IMG/VR virus record: IMGVR_UViG_2974508059_000001
Coordinates: 64,001-128,000 of that record
Direction: 5' to 3' (one strand)
DNA length: 64,000 bases
From: a virus
Lineage: Duplodnaviria > Caudoviricetes
Notes under the pieces: model-generated
Told to the model about the DNA's origin: nothing
Databases searched by the model: none
Seen by the model: only the letters and a program-made list of their open reading frames with translations
Shown here: piece by piece, positions 17,608-27,422 of the stretch
Position numbering within the stretch: the first letter of the stretch is position 1
Layout: the number at the start of each line of letters is the position of its first letter
Position numbers and translations under genes: made by a program

Positions 17608-17861
17608 AACGTCCACAATGGCGCGGCAAACGCCACGCGTATCTGAAGTTCCAACGTAAACAAGGTCTGCGTACCACTAAGAAGTATCTAACGTCGCCTT
17701 ACATTGTTCGGGGTAAGCATCGCGGCTCGATATCCGTTGACCCATCGGTGGTTCACGTGGTCGAGACAAGTAATACGCTCCACTTCGAAAGCGAAGTGGA
17801 TTTGCCGATCACAGTTAAGAGAATAGGACACCTGAATGAAAAAGGCTCAGTGGCGTGGTAA
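17604..17861 (+). CDS. Small basic protein (QWRGKRHAY family)
   Basis: TAAGGA RBS; N-terminus shared with the next ORF. Confidence 0.7.
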   Translation: MKRPQWRGKRHAYLKFQRKQGLRTTKKYLTSPYIVRGKHRGSISVDPSVVHVVETSNTLHFESEVDLPITVKRIGHLNEKGSVAW

Positions 17862-18039
17862 GCGACATGCTTACGAACAGTTCCAGTTAAAGCAAATCCA
17901 ACGGGTCTGGGTAGATTTCGTCGGGGGTGATTTTCACGAGGATACACCCGCCGAACAAATCTTGAGCAACGTGGGTATTCGGCTGGTTAAATCTGCTGAC
18001 GTGAAACTGTGTTCTGATCAGCACATCGGCAACAAATAA
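17836..18039 (+). CDS. Small protein (QWRGKRHAY family)
   Basis: AGGA RBS; N-terminus shared with the previous ORF. Confidence 0.7.
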   Translation: MKKAQWRGKRHAYEQFQLKQIQRVWVDFVGGDFHEDTPAEQILSNVGIRLVKSADVKLCSDQHIGNK

Positions 18040-18093
18040 AATAAAGTAACCCACCCCGAGGGGTGGGTACTTGCCACTGCTTTCTTTTTTTTT
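18038..18093. terminator. Bidirectional terminator between convergent units
   Basis: acccaccc-cgag-gggtgggt flanked by A-rich and T-rich runs. Confidence 0.7.
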
Positions 18094-18095
18094 GT

Positions 18096-20849
18096 TTACG
18101 CAGGCGGTTGAGTTGGGTCGTCTGCGTTCACTGTCGGTGCAGCGCCCGGTTCGCCCTCGGCATTGTCGTCTTCATCATTCTCATCATTGGCATTTTCATC
18201 CGTTGACTCGTCTGATTCATCACCCATGTCGAAGTCGTCTTCATCGCCGCCTTCAGAGAACATGTCATCATCCCCTCCAGCGTCACCACCGCCGGTGTCG
18301 TCATCACCAAATGACGAGGTACCGAAACCACCACCCGCCGCATCCGGGTCACCAGACTGTTTTGCAACGGTGTCCAGTTTACCTTTCACACGGGATGCCA
18401 ACTGCATCAGCATCTTGGTAGCAGACTGCTCTTCATCCGAGATAGTCTTGATAACGTCTTGACGTTTATCGTCGTCGTACACCAAGTCAAACATCTCGTT
18501 CTCAATGCCCTGTTGACGCAACCACTGGCGGGCGTAGAACGTCTTAACCATGTTCTTCACATCGTTAGCGTCCATCGCAATACCGGCGTTGTTCAGCGCA
18601 TTCACACGGTCTTCGGTCACCACCAAGTCAGCCAGTTTATCCCAGAACTCCATACGCTTATCAAACAGATCCATCTGCGATGCTGCAGCAGAGGTATCCG
18701 GTGGCGGCAGACGGGTCTGCATGCCGTTGATAAAGGCGCGCATGTATTCACTGATACGGGTCACCAGCTCAGTTCCGGTCTTACGTTCTGAATCGCTCAG
18801 GTAGTTCGCAATGATTTCAATCATCTTCGCTTGCAGGCGAGGTGAAGACTGAATGCCGTTGGTCACGTATCGGTTCAGTGGCTTTTCCAGAATCTCTTGC
18901 TTCTTCACAATCTGCTGGGTCACAATCAGTGACTTCGAGTAAATCTGTGAAGCGAACTCAAGGTTCTCTGGTGTCAACACGAGGTCTGGGTCAACACCGG
19001 CCAAGTGACAGGTACGACGCAGCAACTCTTGGTCAAACTCCATGTCCGGTTCTTTATAGTCCGGCGTGGTGTCGGAAACCGAGATTTTGTGTGACGAGTA
19101 GTGGTCGTTACCCTCAACGTTAAAGGCAATACCGGAGTTGGTTGCCATTGACCAGACATCCGACATATTCCCCCACATCGGCATACGGCGGTTGGTACCG
19201 TTCAGGATGTCTGACTTGATACGGTCAACGGCTTCTTTACCGTTCATCGCATCCGGTGACAGCGTGATGTCGTATTGCAGGTGACGGGCTGAGTTCAGAA
19301 CCGCCGCGTTCATCCCCGCGAACAACAACGCCATACGGATGGTCGAGATAACGAACGAGCGCTCAGTAATAGAAATACCGATACCGTTGTCATCAAAGTC
19401 GGTAGCGAAGTAACACAAGTTCTCAGCCGGGATATACACCACTTGGGTATAACGTTTCGCCAAGTGACGGGTTAACACCACACGACCAAACATTTCCGTG
19501 ATACCGATATCGAGCTCTACGCCACCTAGAGCCGGTGACAGCGCTTCAGCCAACTGACCCTCAGCTAACTCGCCAAAACGTGCTGTGAGGCGATTAGAGA
19601 TGTCTGGCGTCACTAACTGACCGTTACCCATGCCGAGGTTGGCACGGTTAATGATAGAATCGGTGGCACCGTCATTGTTGAGGTAGTTCATGAAGCTTGC
19701 ATCGCCATACATCGACGACTTCTCGTTCACAAAGTTACCGAGCTCATCGATGATGGTCAGGTAGCCGATTGGGTTCGCCGTGTCCCCTGCAATGATGACC
19801 GGCAACGTCGAGGCCGCTGGCAACTCACGCTCGATAAACTCAAGGTGGTTGTTGTCAGCCATGCTGATACGCGGAACCTCTGCGTACATCTGCTGCTCAG
19901 GGGTTTTATTGTACGTCTCATTTAAGTCACCGAGATTGAGCCAATTCTTCTTTTGCTCATTCGCATCCTTAAACTGATCCGCATCAAAGCGACCATTAAG
20001 ACCCCCGTTGACCTGTTCATATGCGGTCTGTTCTAACTGACCGTACAAGCTGCTACGGCTGTCTTCACGGGCTGCACGCTGGATAGTTTCGTGTGCCACC
20101 AAGATACGATCGTTGTCGGTAATCCCGATTTCGATGCTGGTACGCCCGCCCTTGATATCGGCTTCTTTCATGCCGAGCTCAGTGAACAACGGCTTCAGGT
20201 CAATGGTGATTTTCTGTGGGCCGTCTGGCACTTTGTTACGACGACTGAGGATACTCTCCAAACCGACTTTCTGCTCGCCTTCCGGTTTCAGACTGCCTAA
20301 GTGACCCTGTTGCTTTTCAAAGACTTCTTTGTACGTCTTGGTCGCTTTGGTGGACTCGGTACCTACACGGGCATCGGTGCCCTTGAGGTTGAACAACTCA
20401 TCAAAGCCGGCATCTGAAATAAACAGTACCGGGGTAGCCCCTTGGTCACGGTTGGCGTTGTAAAGCCACTTGTAGAGCTTCTTCGGTAACTGACGCTCAC
20501 GGTCGTTAAAGTCACGCACCACTTCAATCAAGTCCGCACGCAAGTCCAACGGGATGTCTGCGTCGTTGTCGTAAATGATGGTGGTGTTAATCAAGTCTTT
20601 TGTGGACAGGACAGACGAGGTTGCGATTGTAACAATCGTTTCCAACTCCGGTAACGCCTGAAAGATTTGTTTTGAGTTACGAACACTACGGAGACGTGAA
20701 GACGCGAATCCCATGAGTTCTGCACGGGTAGGTGTTGTACCACCCTCTTCACGCTTGCCACGCTGCTGGCCTTGGCTAGGGCTCGTTGTTTTACGCAGTA
20801 GCGCTTCAACGGCCGGGTCGCGTTCTACCAACTTCTTATTCTCGCTCAT
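18096..20849 (-). CDS. Portal protein (phiKZ gp129-like)
   Basis: About 917 aa; IFQALPELE...SSVLS.KD, P..PIGY...DE.G, VYIP.....YFA.D....G.G.S; acidic tail; opposite strand to neighbours as in phiKZ-like phages; GGAG RBS before ATG 20849. Confidence 0.8.
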   Translation of the reverse strand: MSENKKLVERDPAVEALLRKTTSPSQGQQRGKREEGGTTPTRAELMGFASSRLRSVRNSKQIFQALPELETIVTIATSSVLSTKDLINTTIIYDNDADIPLDLRADLIEVVRDFNDRERQLPKKLYKWLYNANRDQGATPVLFISDAGFDELFNLKGTDARVGTESTKATKTYKEVFEKQQGHLGSLKPEGEQKVGLESILSRRNKVPDGPQKITIDLKPLFTELGMKEADIKGGRTSIEIGITDNDRILVAHETIQRAAREDSRSSLYGQLEQTAYEQVNGGLNGRFDADQFKDANEQKKNWLNLGDLNETYNKTPEQQMYAEVPRISMADNNHLEFIERELPAASTLPVIIAGDTANPIGYLTIIDELGNFVNEKSSMYGDASFMNYLNNDGATDSIINRANLGMGNGQLVTPDISNRLTARFGELAEGQLAEALSPALGGVELDIGITEMFGRVVLTRHLAKRYTQVVYIPAENLCYFATDFDDNGIGISITERSFVISTIRMALLFAGMNAAVLNSARHLQYDITLSPDAMNGKEAVDRIKSDILNGTNRRMPMWGNMSDVWSMATNSGIAFNVEGNDHYSSHKISVSDTTPDYKEPDMEFDQELLRRTCHLAGVDPDLVLTPENLEFASQIYSKSLIVTQQIVKKQEILEKPLNRYVTNGIQSSPRLQAKMIEIIANYLSDSERKTGTELVTRISEYMRAFINGMQTRLPPPDTSAAASQMDLFDKRMEFWDKLADLVVTEDRVNALNNAGIAMDANDVKNMVKTFYARQWLRQQGIENEMFDLVYDDDKRQDVIKTISDEEQSATKMLMQLASRVKGKLDTVAKQSGDPDAAGGGFGTSSFGDDDTGGGDAGGDDDMFSEGGDEDDFDMGDESDESTDENANDENDEDDNAEGEPGAAPTVNADDPTQPPA

Positions 20850-20861
20850 CGGGGTCTCCGG

Positions 20862-23042
20862 ATGCAAAGGTTCAATATATTTCGTGACCAGAATATCGCA
20901 CTGGCGAAGTCGTTGATTTTCAAATCCGACATCATCGCCCAGCAGATGAATCTGGCTATTACAGAGAATGGCGGCACGGTCTTAAGCGACCGTTTCACAT
21001 GGCGTTATTACCAACACCTTGCAGGTATTCGTCATGAAACAGACAAGCCGTTGTTAATAAGGTCACTGGATACGAAAAAGGACATCGAGTTAACGCCGGC
21101 TAACATGGCGTTACATAAGAAAACCTCGAATGCTTATCGGGGTGACCCTGACACGTATATCGATGGTTTGATTGGCACCTACCCGGATTACGCTGTGTAT
21201 ATTCGTGGGGTGTTTAATCCCGTTCCTCTTTCTGTGTCGGTGCCCGCACGCGAATGCACTATCCTTTATTACAACAAGTCATTGGTGGAGCCGCAAGAAA
21301 CCTCGCTTATCACCCGAATGGAAGAATGGATTTATGCCGTTCACGTTCGCTGGATGGCCGAAGGGTGGCGGGTACACAATGATGCTTTTGTGCTGGCCTT
21401 TTACCTGAAACTGTTCCCACGCTTAGGGGCGGAGTTAATGGACCGCCGGTTGGAGAAAATCCACACCGTTGAAACCCATTCATTCCACGTCACCGAGTTC
21501 TTGGCCTCGCATCAGGAGCTGCACGAGTTTGTGCCCTACCTGACGAACAAGATGAAGTTTACGTTGTATCGCAACATCCGCTTCTGGGAACGCAACTCCG
21601 GGAAAAGCACCATCTTTGATTGGATGGTCGACACCCTGTTCACTGGCTGGTCAATGCCTGCGGTGTCCTACACCGTGAGTCAGAAGATTCACGACCCTAC
21701 CACAGGTAGTGACGATGATGTAAACCCACTTCCGATCGCCTATTCGAAGTCACTGAACTACGAAGAGCGTGACTCCGGTCGTGACTTGAATCTGTTGTCC
21801 ACGAACGATGTGATTCAGAAAGAGTACGGGCTGGCGTATGACAACGCCGAGTACCAGCAGGAGTACCAAGACGACCTCGACAGTCGTTTAGGCCTCACGC
21901 TGTATGCTGCGCAACCGACCAAGCTCGTGGAAGTGACCTCGATTGACCCGGAAGCTATCGAGCGCTGGGAGTTCACGCACCTGCTGTTCAACGAGTGGCT
22001 GCACTACACCGCGCGGGGCACGTACAACATCATGCACGAGGTGTTGAACCCGACTACCGGGGACACCATCAAAATCTCCACTAAAGAACTGCTGGCCTTG
22101 TATCTGTACGCCGGCTTCAAAGGCTTTAGTGGGGTGGCGCTGGAGAAGATTCCTGACTTCAATGCCATGGGGGTGCTGATTAAGCGCTGGGTGTCGGTCG
22201 AGGAAATGCACAACTACCTTATCCCAAGCTGGCCCGGTCGTTACGATCGCATGGTTTCTTACTTCGCAGACACACACTACGAGCAACTCACGCCAATTGA
22301 GAATGCCGAAGAGATGTATTCTGTGGCACAGACCATCATGCAGAACAAACGCCGTCGTTGGGTCTTTGCCGGTAACCGCAAAGTCTTAACGGAGAACGCT
22401 GCCGGTAAGCTGTTGTTCCAATACTTCTACCGCGACTACAAGTGTCCCCTGAATCTGAGTTACAAGTCTTACGACGAGTTCTTCAAGATTTACAATATCG
22501 ACTATACGTTGATATCGCAGGAGACATGGCAGGATATCGCGAAGGACGCCTTCAACCTCGGTACCGCGTTTGAATCCAGTGCGAGTATTTCGCAGGCTGA
22601 AATCCAACGGGCCATGGTGAAACTGATATCGAAGCTTGCCTCCTATACCGTGCACTTTGCGGCGAGGATGTCAAGTGATACCTTCGACGTCACCGACCCT
22701 ATCACCCCACTGATTGATGACATGTTACTGGCCGGTTCCGGCACGATTGATGTTGACCACACCCCGGCAACCGTTGTCAGTGTGAAGTCGAAGTCCCGTG
22801 CACACTGCGACACCGTGCTGGATGTGACCCCGTCAATCAAGACGTCTGTGCCAACGCGTATTCGTGCCACGATGAACGTGTTCATGGGCATTCAGGTCTC
22901 TACGAAGTCCAGCATCCGTGTCAACATCGAACAGCCACCGCTGGAGGTGACCGATGCTGAGTGGGAAAGCGGCGAGAAGACACTGACCCGTCGTGTCCGC
23001 CATCGTGACCTGCCCGGATTCACCACCGACAACTTAGAGTGA
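20862..23042 (+). CDS. Virion structural protein, probable baseplate component (phiKZ gp128-like)
   Basis: TWRYYQHLAG..H.TD..L.I.SLDT, HSFH..EFLASH, LYRNI......G motifs; divergent from the portal gene. Confidence 0.7.
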   Translation: MQRFNIFRDQNIALAKSLIFKSDIIAQQMNLAITENGGTVLSDRFTWRYYQHLAGIRHETDKPLLIRSLDTKKDIELTPANMALHKKTSNAYRGDPDTYIDGLIGTYPDYAVYIRGVFNPVPLSVSVPARECTILYYNKSLVEPQETSLITRMEEWIYAVHVRWMAEGWRVHNDAFVLAFYLKLFPRLGAELMDRRLEKIHTVETHSFHVTEFLASHQELHEFVPYLTNKMKFTLYRNIRFWERNSGKSTIFDWMVDTLFTGWSMPAVSYTVSQKIHDPTTGSDDDVNPLPIAYSKSLNYEERDSGRDLNLLSTNDVIQKEYGLAYDNAEYQQEYQDDLDSRLGLTLYAAQPTKLVEVTSIDPEAIERWEFTHLLFNEWLHYTARGTYNIMHEVLNPTTGDTIKISTKELLALYLYAGFKGFSGVALEKIPDFNAMGVLIKRWVSVEEMHNYLIPSWPGRYDRMVSYFADTHYEQLTPIENAEEMYSVAQTIMQNKRRRWVFAGNRKVLTENAAGKLLFQYFYRDYKCPLNLSYKSYDEFFKIYNIDYTLISQETWQDIAKDAFNLGTAFESSASISQAEIQRAMVKLISKLASYTVHFAARMSSDTFDVTDPITPLIDDMLLAGSGTIDVDHTPATVVSVKSKSRAHCDTVLDVTPSIKTSVPTRIRATMNVFMGIQVSTKSSIRVNIEQPPLEVTDAEWESGEKTLTRRVRHRDLPGFTTDNLE

Positions 23043-23049
23043 GAGGCTT

Positions 23050-23577
23050 ATGACGTACCGTGTGGATTTATCTAAAACCGCACCTGAGATTCTAATTAAC
23101 CGCATCAATTACGTGTTCGGCACATCTTATACTCCCGACCAACTCACCTTTGATTCGCGTGGTGCAGTGCCGCTGAGTATAGAAGAAGCCCGCCGTGAAG
23201 GTGTGGAATCGAAAGCAGCGGCGTACTATCGCAACGGGTACTCAGGTTCGCAGAACTTTGTCTTTACCCGCGGTGATTTGAACAAACTGTTGCGGGGTGT
23301 TGTGGTGCCGGTGCCTTTGGGTGCGGTAAAGTCCAGCGAAGAGTTGGCCCCCTACATCTTTGATGAGTTAGGTGTGAACCTCAACCCGCATCAAATCTTG
23401 ATTGAACCTATCCCTGAGGATGCAACCGACTTTACGGTGCGTCTGATACCACGTCATCTGTCGTTGAAGGGTACCATTGCTATTGAGTTCGTCGACCCTA
23501 CGCCGCGCAAGCTCAAAGTGCTTGTGTCCAAAACCGAACTTGATGGTTTTAGCTTTCCAGGAGAATTAAATGGCTAA
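23050..23577 (+). CDS. Virion protein, single domain of the tail fibre/baseplate paralog family
   Basis: L..RIN, F.R.DL, LVSKTELDGF shared with ORFs at 27869 and 57696-63782. Confidence 0.6.
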   Translation: MTYRVDLSKTAPEILINRINYVFGTSYTPDQLTFDSRGAVPLSIEEARREGVESKAAAYYRNGYSGSQNFVFTRGDLNKLLRGVVVPVPLGAVKSSEELAPYIFDELGVNLNPHQILIEPIPEDATDFTVRLIPRHLSLKGTIAIEFVDPTPRKLKVLVSKTELDGFSFPGELNG

Positions 23578-24457
23578 CAGTAAAGTCTATGACGGCAAGA
23601 TTAACACGGTGACGCTGAGCGCCATGCGCTTGACGTCTGCACTGCTTTGTGGTGCACCGGTTAAGTACCCGCAGAAGTCCACGTTGAATGAACACCTCAA
23701 CCTGATGACGGCGAAAATACCTGACCCAACAGCCCGTCCGACCATCAAGTACATGTGTATCGGTATCAAAGGCCACACGGCTGAACTGGCAGATGACGAC
23801 ATCTACGACTTCGTCCCGCTTGGGAAGAAAGCCTCGTACTCGGGCATGTACAAAGCCATGCCGTTTGTGCTGCGCCGCATGGACAACGACCTTTCGGATG
23901 CCCAGCGTGCCAACTACGCTTTCCGTACCAAGCTCACCCTCGGTGGCGTAGACTACTGGGCGTACTACCTGAAACGTATCGACATGCGTTCGGTGGAAAC
24001 CACCGACTACGATATCCGTCGTGAGAACGGTGAAGAGCGCGTTGACCTGTTTAACTACACCGACAACGAGCTGTACCCAACGCCGGGGACCCTGCCGGAG
24101 TTCAACTACGACGATGACACCACCGTTGAGTTGCCGGATGGCCGTTACGCGAAATCCAACGTGGAACTGCGTATCGGCTGGAACGACTTCGATGTGCAGG
24201 AATACATGAACGTCTGTGCTATCATGCGCGGCAGTTCACAGTCTTCTATCGTGTCCGAAATCGCGGTGTGCTCAGGCCTTGACGCTGTTGAGTCAGGTGA
24301 GTCTGCTACCGGGTCGAAGTTCAGTTATGACGAAGCGATTGGTGTGCAGGTGATGTACTACATCGACCTCTATGCCAACCTTGCCGTAACCAACGACAAC
24401 CTTGAGCTGACCATCAACATCGGCCAGACCGTGCCATTCTGGTTAGGCCCGAACTGA
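23570..24457 (+). CDS. Conserved virion (baseplate-associated) protein
   Basis: STLNE, Y.CIG..GH, PFVLR..DNDL....R..Y..R, AYYLKR, SEIAVCSG.D motifs typical of phiKZ-like core proteins. Confidence 0.65.
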   Translation: MANSKVYDGKINTVTLSAMRLTSALLCGAPVKYPQKSTLNEHLNLMTAKIPDPTARPTIKYMCIGIKGHTAELADDDIYDFVPLGKKASYSGMYKAMPFVLRRMDNDLSDAQRANYAFRTKLTLGGVDYWAYYLKRIDMRSVETTDYDIRRENGEERVDLFNYTDNELYPTPGTLPEFNYDDDTTVELPDGRYAKSNVELRIGWNDFDVQEYMNVCAIMRGSSQSSIVSEIAVCSGLDAVESGESATGSKFSYDEAIGVQVMYYIDLYANLAVTNDNLELTINIGQTVPFWLGPN

Positions 24458-25110
24458 TGCTGATACCCGAACCGCGGTTTCCCGATAACTCGGTTCGAAT
24501 CTGTGCTGTTGACCCCGGTACCTCGTATCTGGGTCTGGCGGTGTTGGACTGGGTGTACGGTGAGCCACAGGCAGAAGTGGTCTGGGCAGGTACCTTGCAC
24601 GCAGTTGACCCGACGCATCAAAACAGCCATTCTGAGGTGTGCGGTAAACGTGACGCCCGAATGGCAAAGTTGCAACAGGGTTACGCAGAGTTCCTGCGTA
24701 TCTCACGGCCAACCTTCTGTTGTACTGAAACACCGTTCATGCAGCGACTGAAACTCTCGGCTTACGAGTCGGGGGTTGAGCTTCAACAGATGCTGCGGAC
24801 AACGTTGTTTGAGATCTTCCCGGAAAAGTGGCTCCATGGGTTCAATCCCATTATTGTGAAGTCCTACGTAGGTGTTGAAGCGAAGGGTACGGATAAAACG
24901 CACATGTTTAATGCCGTGACCAAGCTTTACGCTAACCACACGTTAATCGACCTGACGGCTCTTGATGAGCACTCAATCGATGCCGTCGCGGTTGGCAACA
25001 TCTTTGTCCGCACTTCACTCTTATCACTAAACAGTCTGCTCCCGCCTCGTGAGAAGAAGCCTAAAGCGCCGAAGGGCTCACGGCGGAGAAGTAGACGCCG
25101 GAGGAAGTGA
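24457..25110 (+). CDS. ruvC: RuvC-like Holliday junction resolvase
   Basis: ICAVDPGT, ETPF, P..VK..VG, DEHSIDAVAVG; Arg-rich tail. Confidence 0.85.
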   Translation: MLIPEPRFPDNSVRICAVDPGTSYLGLAVLDWVYGEPQAEVVWAGTLHAVDPTHQNSHSEVCGKRDARMAKLQQGYAEFLRISRPTFCCTETPFMQRLKLSAYESGVELQQMLRTTLFEIFPEKWLHGFNPIIVKSYVGVEAKGTDKTHMFNAVTKLYANHTLIDLTALDEHSIDAVAVGNIFVRTSLLSLNSLLPPREKKPKAPKGSRRRSRRRRK

Positions 25111-25655
25111 CCATGACCCAATCCTTGCAAACCGCAGCGCCTGCATTACTGGATACCCTGATTCAAGCCGGTGACCGTGTGTTATCACCGGATGAAGCCT
25201 CGCGTGTTCAGGATGCTGCACTGGCCATTGGTGCCGCTGCTGTTAACACCGCGCTTCCTGCGAACTCTATCCTTGCTTCACTGCGTCCGCTGTTAGTGGA
25301 CAAAGTCGGGGTGATGGCAGAAGCGTTTGAAAAGCTGGCGGTGGACTCCTTAGAGGGGATGGATACAAAGTACAGCAAGGAAACCGTGATGACCTTATAC
25401 CCAACGCTCCTGTCGGGTCAGAAACTGTTGATTTGGTTTCTGGCGTTGGCACTGGTGGCCTTCACAGGCGTTGCGCTTTGGGATGTACTACAGCAGCCAC
25501 AGGTTGACCGAACGGATGTGCTTCTGACGGTGCTCGTACCACTCGGCGGGTTGATTGCTTTTGCAGCGGTGCCAATTAAAACATTGGCGTACAGCTCACT
25601 GGCGATTACGGCTAAAGTGGTGGAACACAAGATGAACAAAGCGTCCACCAAGTAA
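25107..25655 (+). CDS. Membrane protein with two C-terminal TM helices
   Basis: LLIWFLALALVAFTGVALW and VLLTVLVPLGGLIAFAAVPI. Confidence 0.7.
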   Translation: MTMTQSLQTAAPALLDTLIQAGDRVLSPDEASRVQDAALAIGAAAVNTALPANSILASLRPLLVDKVGVMAEAFEKLAVDSLEGMDTKYSKETVMTLYPTLLSGQKLLIWFLALALVAFTGVALWDVLQQPQVDRTDVLLTVLVPLGGLIAFAAVPIKTLAYSSLAITAKVVEHKMNKASTK

Positions 25656-25659
25656 GACC

Positions 25660-25698
25660 GTCGAGTCCTTCGGGACTCGACTTCTTTTATTTCTTTTT
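25660..25698 (+). terminator. Rho-independent terminator
   Basis: gtcgagtcc-TTCG-ggactcgac followed by a T-rich tail. Confidence 0.85.
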
Positions 25699-25744
25699 AC
25701 ATTTTGACGTCTTTATGTGTATTTTCACCTCAAGGGCAGCTCCC

Positions 25745-26437
25745 ATGGATTTAAAATTTGACAGACGTGCGATACTGATACCGGTGGCCGGACTCGCCGC
25801 AGGCATCGCAAACGGCGACACGTACCGCTACCGTGAAGACCAACGCAAGGCCATGGTCGAGTGCCTGCTGCGTGACGTATTAGAAGAGAGCGGGGGTCGG
25901 GAAGATGCGCACACTCTTTCGACGCCCCGTGGTAAACTGGGTCGGCATTACTTTGAACTCAGCCGCTACTACGAAGAAGACAACCCGTCTTCCGAGGTCT
26001 GCAACGCCTACAACCGCTCGGTGATTAAAGCCCGCATCAAAGCACTGCTCGCCAAACACAGTCTCTATGAGGCGTGTGTTGCCGAAGACCAGTCTGTTGT
26101 GAATAGCATCAGTGCTGGCTACACCGTGACATGGTTCGGGAAAAAGGGGAAACACCTGCCGTTGCAACACAAACACATTGTGGTGACGTGGGTGAGACCA
26201 AGGCTGGATTACCAGTCTATGGATGTGACGACTTTTATTGAACGTGTTATTACAGCGCTCGGAAAGAAATATCCACGCGAGCAGGTAAAGCAGACAGTAC
26301 ATGCGATACCGCTTGGCGTCTTACTCAGTTCTTATCCACACGGTGCGATGGCGGAAGACCTTCGCGAACATCCGTACCAAACGTGGGATGGACTATTACA
26401 GTTCGTGACTTCACGACTGAAAGGGGGTTTAAAATGA
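25745..26437 (+). CDS. Hypothetical protein (230 aa)
   Basis: AAGGG RBS before ATG 25745. Confidence 0.7.
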   Translation: MDLKFDRRAILIPVAGLAAGIANGDTYRYREDQRKAMVECLLRDVLEESGGREDAHTLSTPRGKLGRHYFELSRYYEEDNPSSEVCNAYNRSVIKARIKALLAKHSLYEACVAEDQSVVNSISAGYTVTWFGKKGKHLPLQHKHIVVTWVRPRLDYQSMDVTTFIERVITALGKKYPREQVKQTVHAIPLGVLLSSYPHGAMAEDLREHPYQTWDGLLQFVTSRLKGGLK

Positions 26438-26913
26438 TTGTGATGTCTATCGAGATTGACAAAATCTCACCCGACGTGTATCCGGAGCTGGCTGAGTTCC
26501 TTGCCGATGCCAACAGCATTCGCAAAGAACCCTTGCAGGTCTTGATGGCCGTCGAAGATGACATCGTGCACGGGATGGTGATTTACGAACCGGGTAACAT
26601 CGTTTACCTGTACGTGGTCCCGGAATCCCGTCGCAGTGGTGTGGCGCGTTTCCTTGTGAAGCACGTTGCCTCACAGTCGCCGGGTAAGCAGATGACGGCG
26701 ATAGTCAATCCCGACGCGGTCGATGCCCAGTGTTTCTTTTTGCAGAACGGTTGGCGAATAGAGAATTGGTTCAAAGGCCTCGATGATAAGTGGTATTTCC
26801 GTATGACGACTAAGGCGACACAACCGGCTCAGTCCCCGCCGGTTGAAGTAGGATTGGCCCGGTTTGCGAAGACGGTTCCAATCTTTATTTCGGTGGGTAA
26901 CAAAATAATATAA
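26434..26913 (+). CDS. GNAT family acetyltransferase
   Basis: LYVVPESRRSGVARFL (motif A); A.CFF..NGW (motif B). Confidence 0.85.
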   Translation: MIVMSIEIDKISPDVYPELAEFLADANSIRKEPLQVLMAVEDDIVHGMVIYEPGNIVYLYVVPESRRSGVARFLVKHVASQSPGKQMTAIVNPDAVDAQCFFLQNGWRIENWFKGLDDKWYFRMTTKATQPAQSPPVEVGLARFAKTVPIFISVGNKII

Positions 26914-26927
26914 AACTCACGGGAAGT

Positions 26928-27422
26928 ATGAAAATGCAGCGTGTCGTCTATGAAACACGTCAACAGTGTGATAGCGGTGTGGAAGTTATCTGCGTTACTG
27001 AAAAGATAGCCGATTGTGACCTTGACCTTATTCGGTCGACCGTCCGCGGTCAGCCTGTCAAGATAATCCAAAGCACCGCCCTTAAAATTGCTTTACCTAA
27101 ATCTACACCAGCAATACGACCTAGTCGAAAGGCAGACTACCAAGCCCTGAGACAGCACTTCCTTAAACACTATCGCCGCTCGCTCTGGAAGGACGTGGTG
27201 ATGATGTTGGTGGATGAGTTTATCAAGGACTTGGAATGGGAAGTGATTTTAGCCGGTTCCGGCTTTAAGAGCAAACCGCCTGCCTATCACTGGGAACGTT
27301 TCAAAAAACAGTACCTCAAAACGATGCCAAACTGCCGCTACACGTGGAGCACCCGTAACATGCTCCCCCGACTAGAGGAGCAGCCTTGGCTTCAAGCTTA
27401 CCTGAAAGAGGATAAAAATTGA
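26928..27422 (+). CDS. Hypothetical protein (164 aa)
   Basis: ORF in operon. Confidence 0.7.
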   Translation: MKMQRVVYETRQQCDSGVEVICVTEKIADCDLDLIRSTVRGQPVKIIQSTALKIALPKSTPAIRPSRKADYQALRQHFLKHYRRSLWKDVVMMLVDEFIKDLEWEVILAGSGFKSKPPAYHWERFKKQYLKTMPNCRYTWSTRNMLPRLEEQPWLQAYLKEDKN

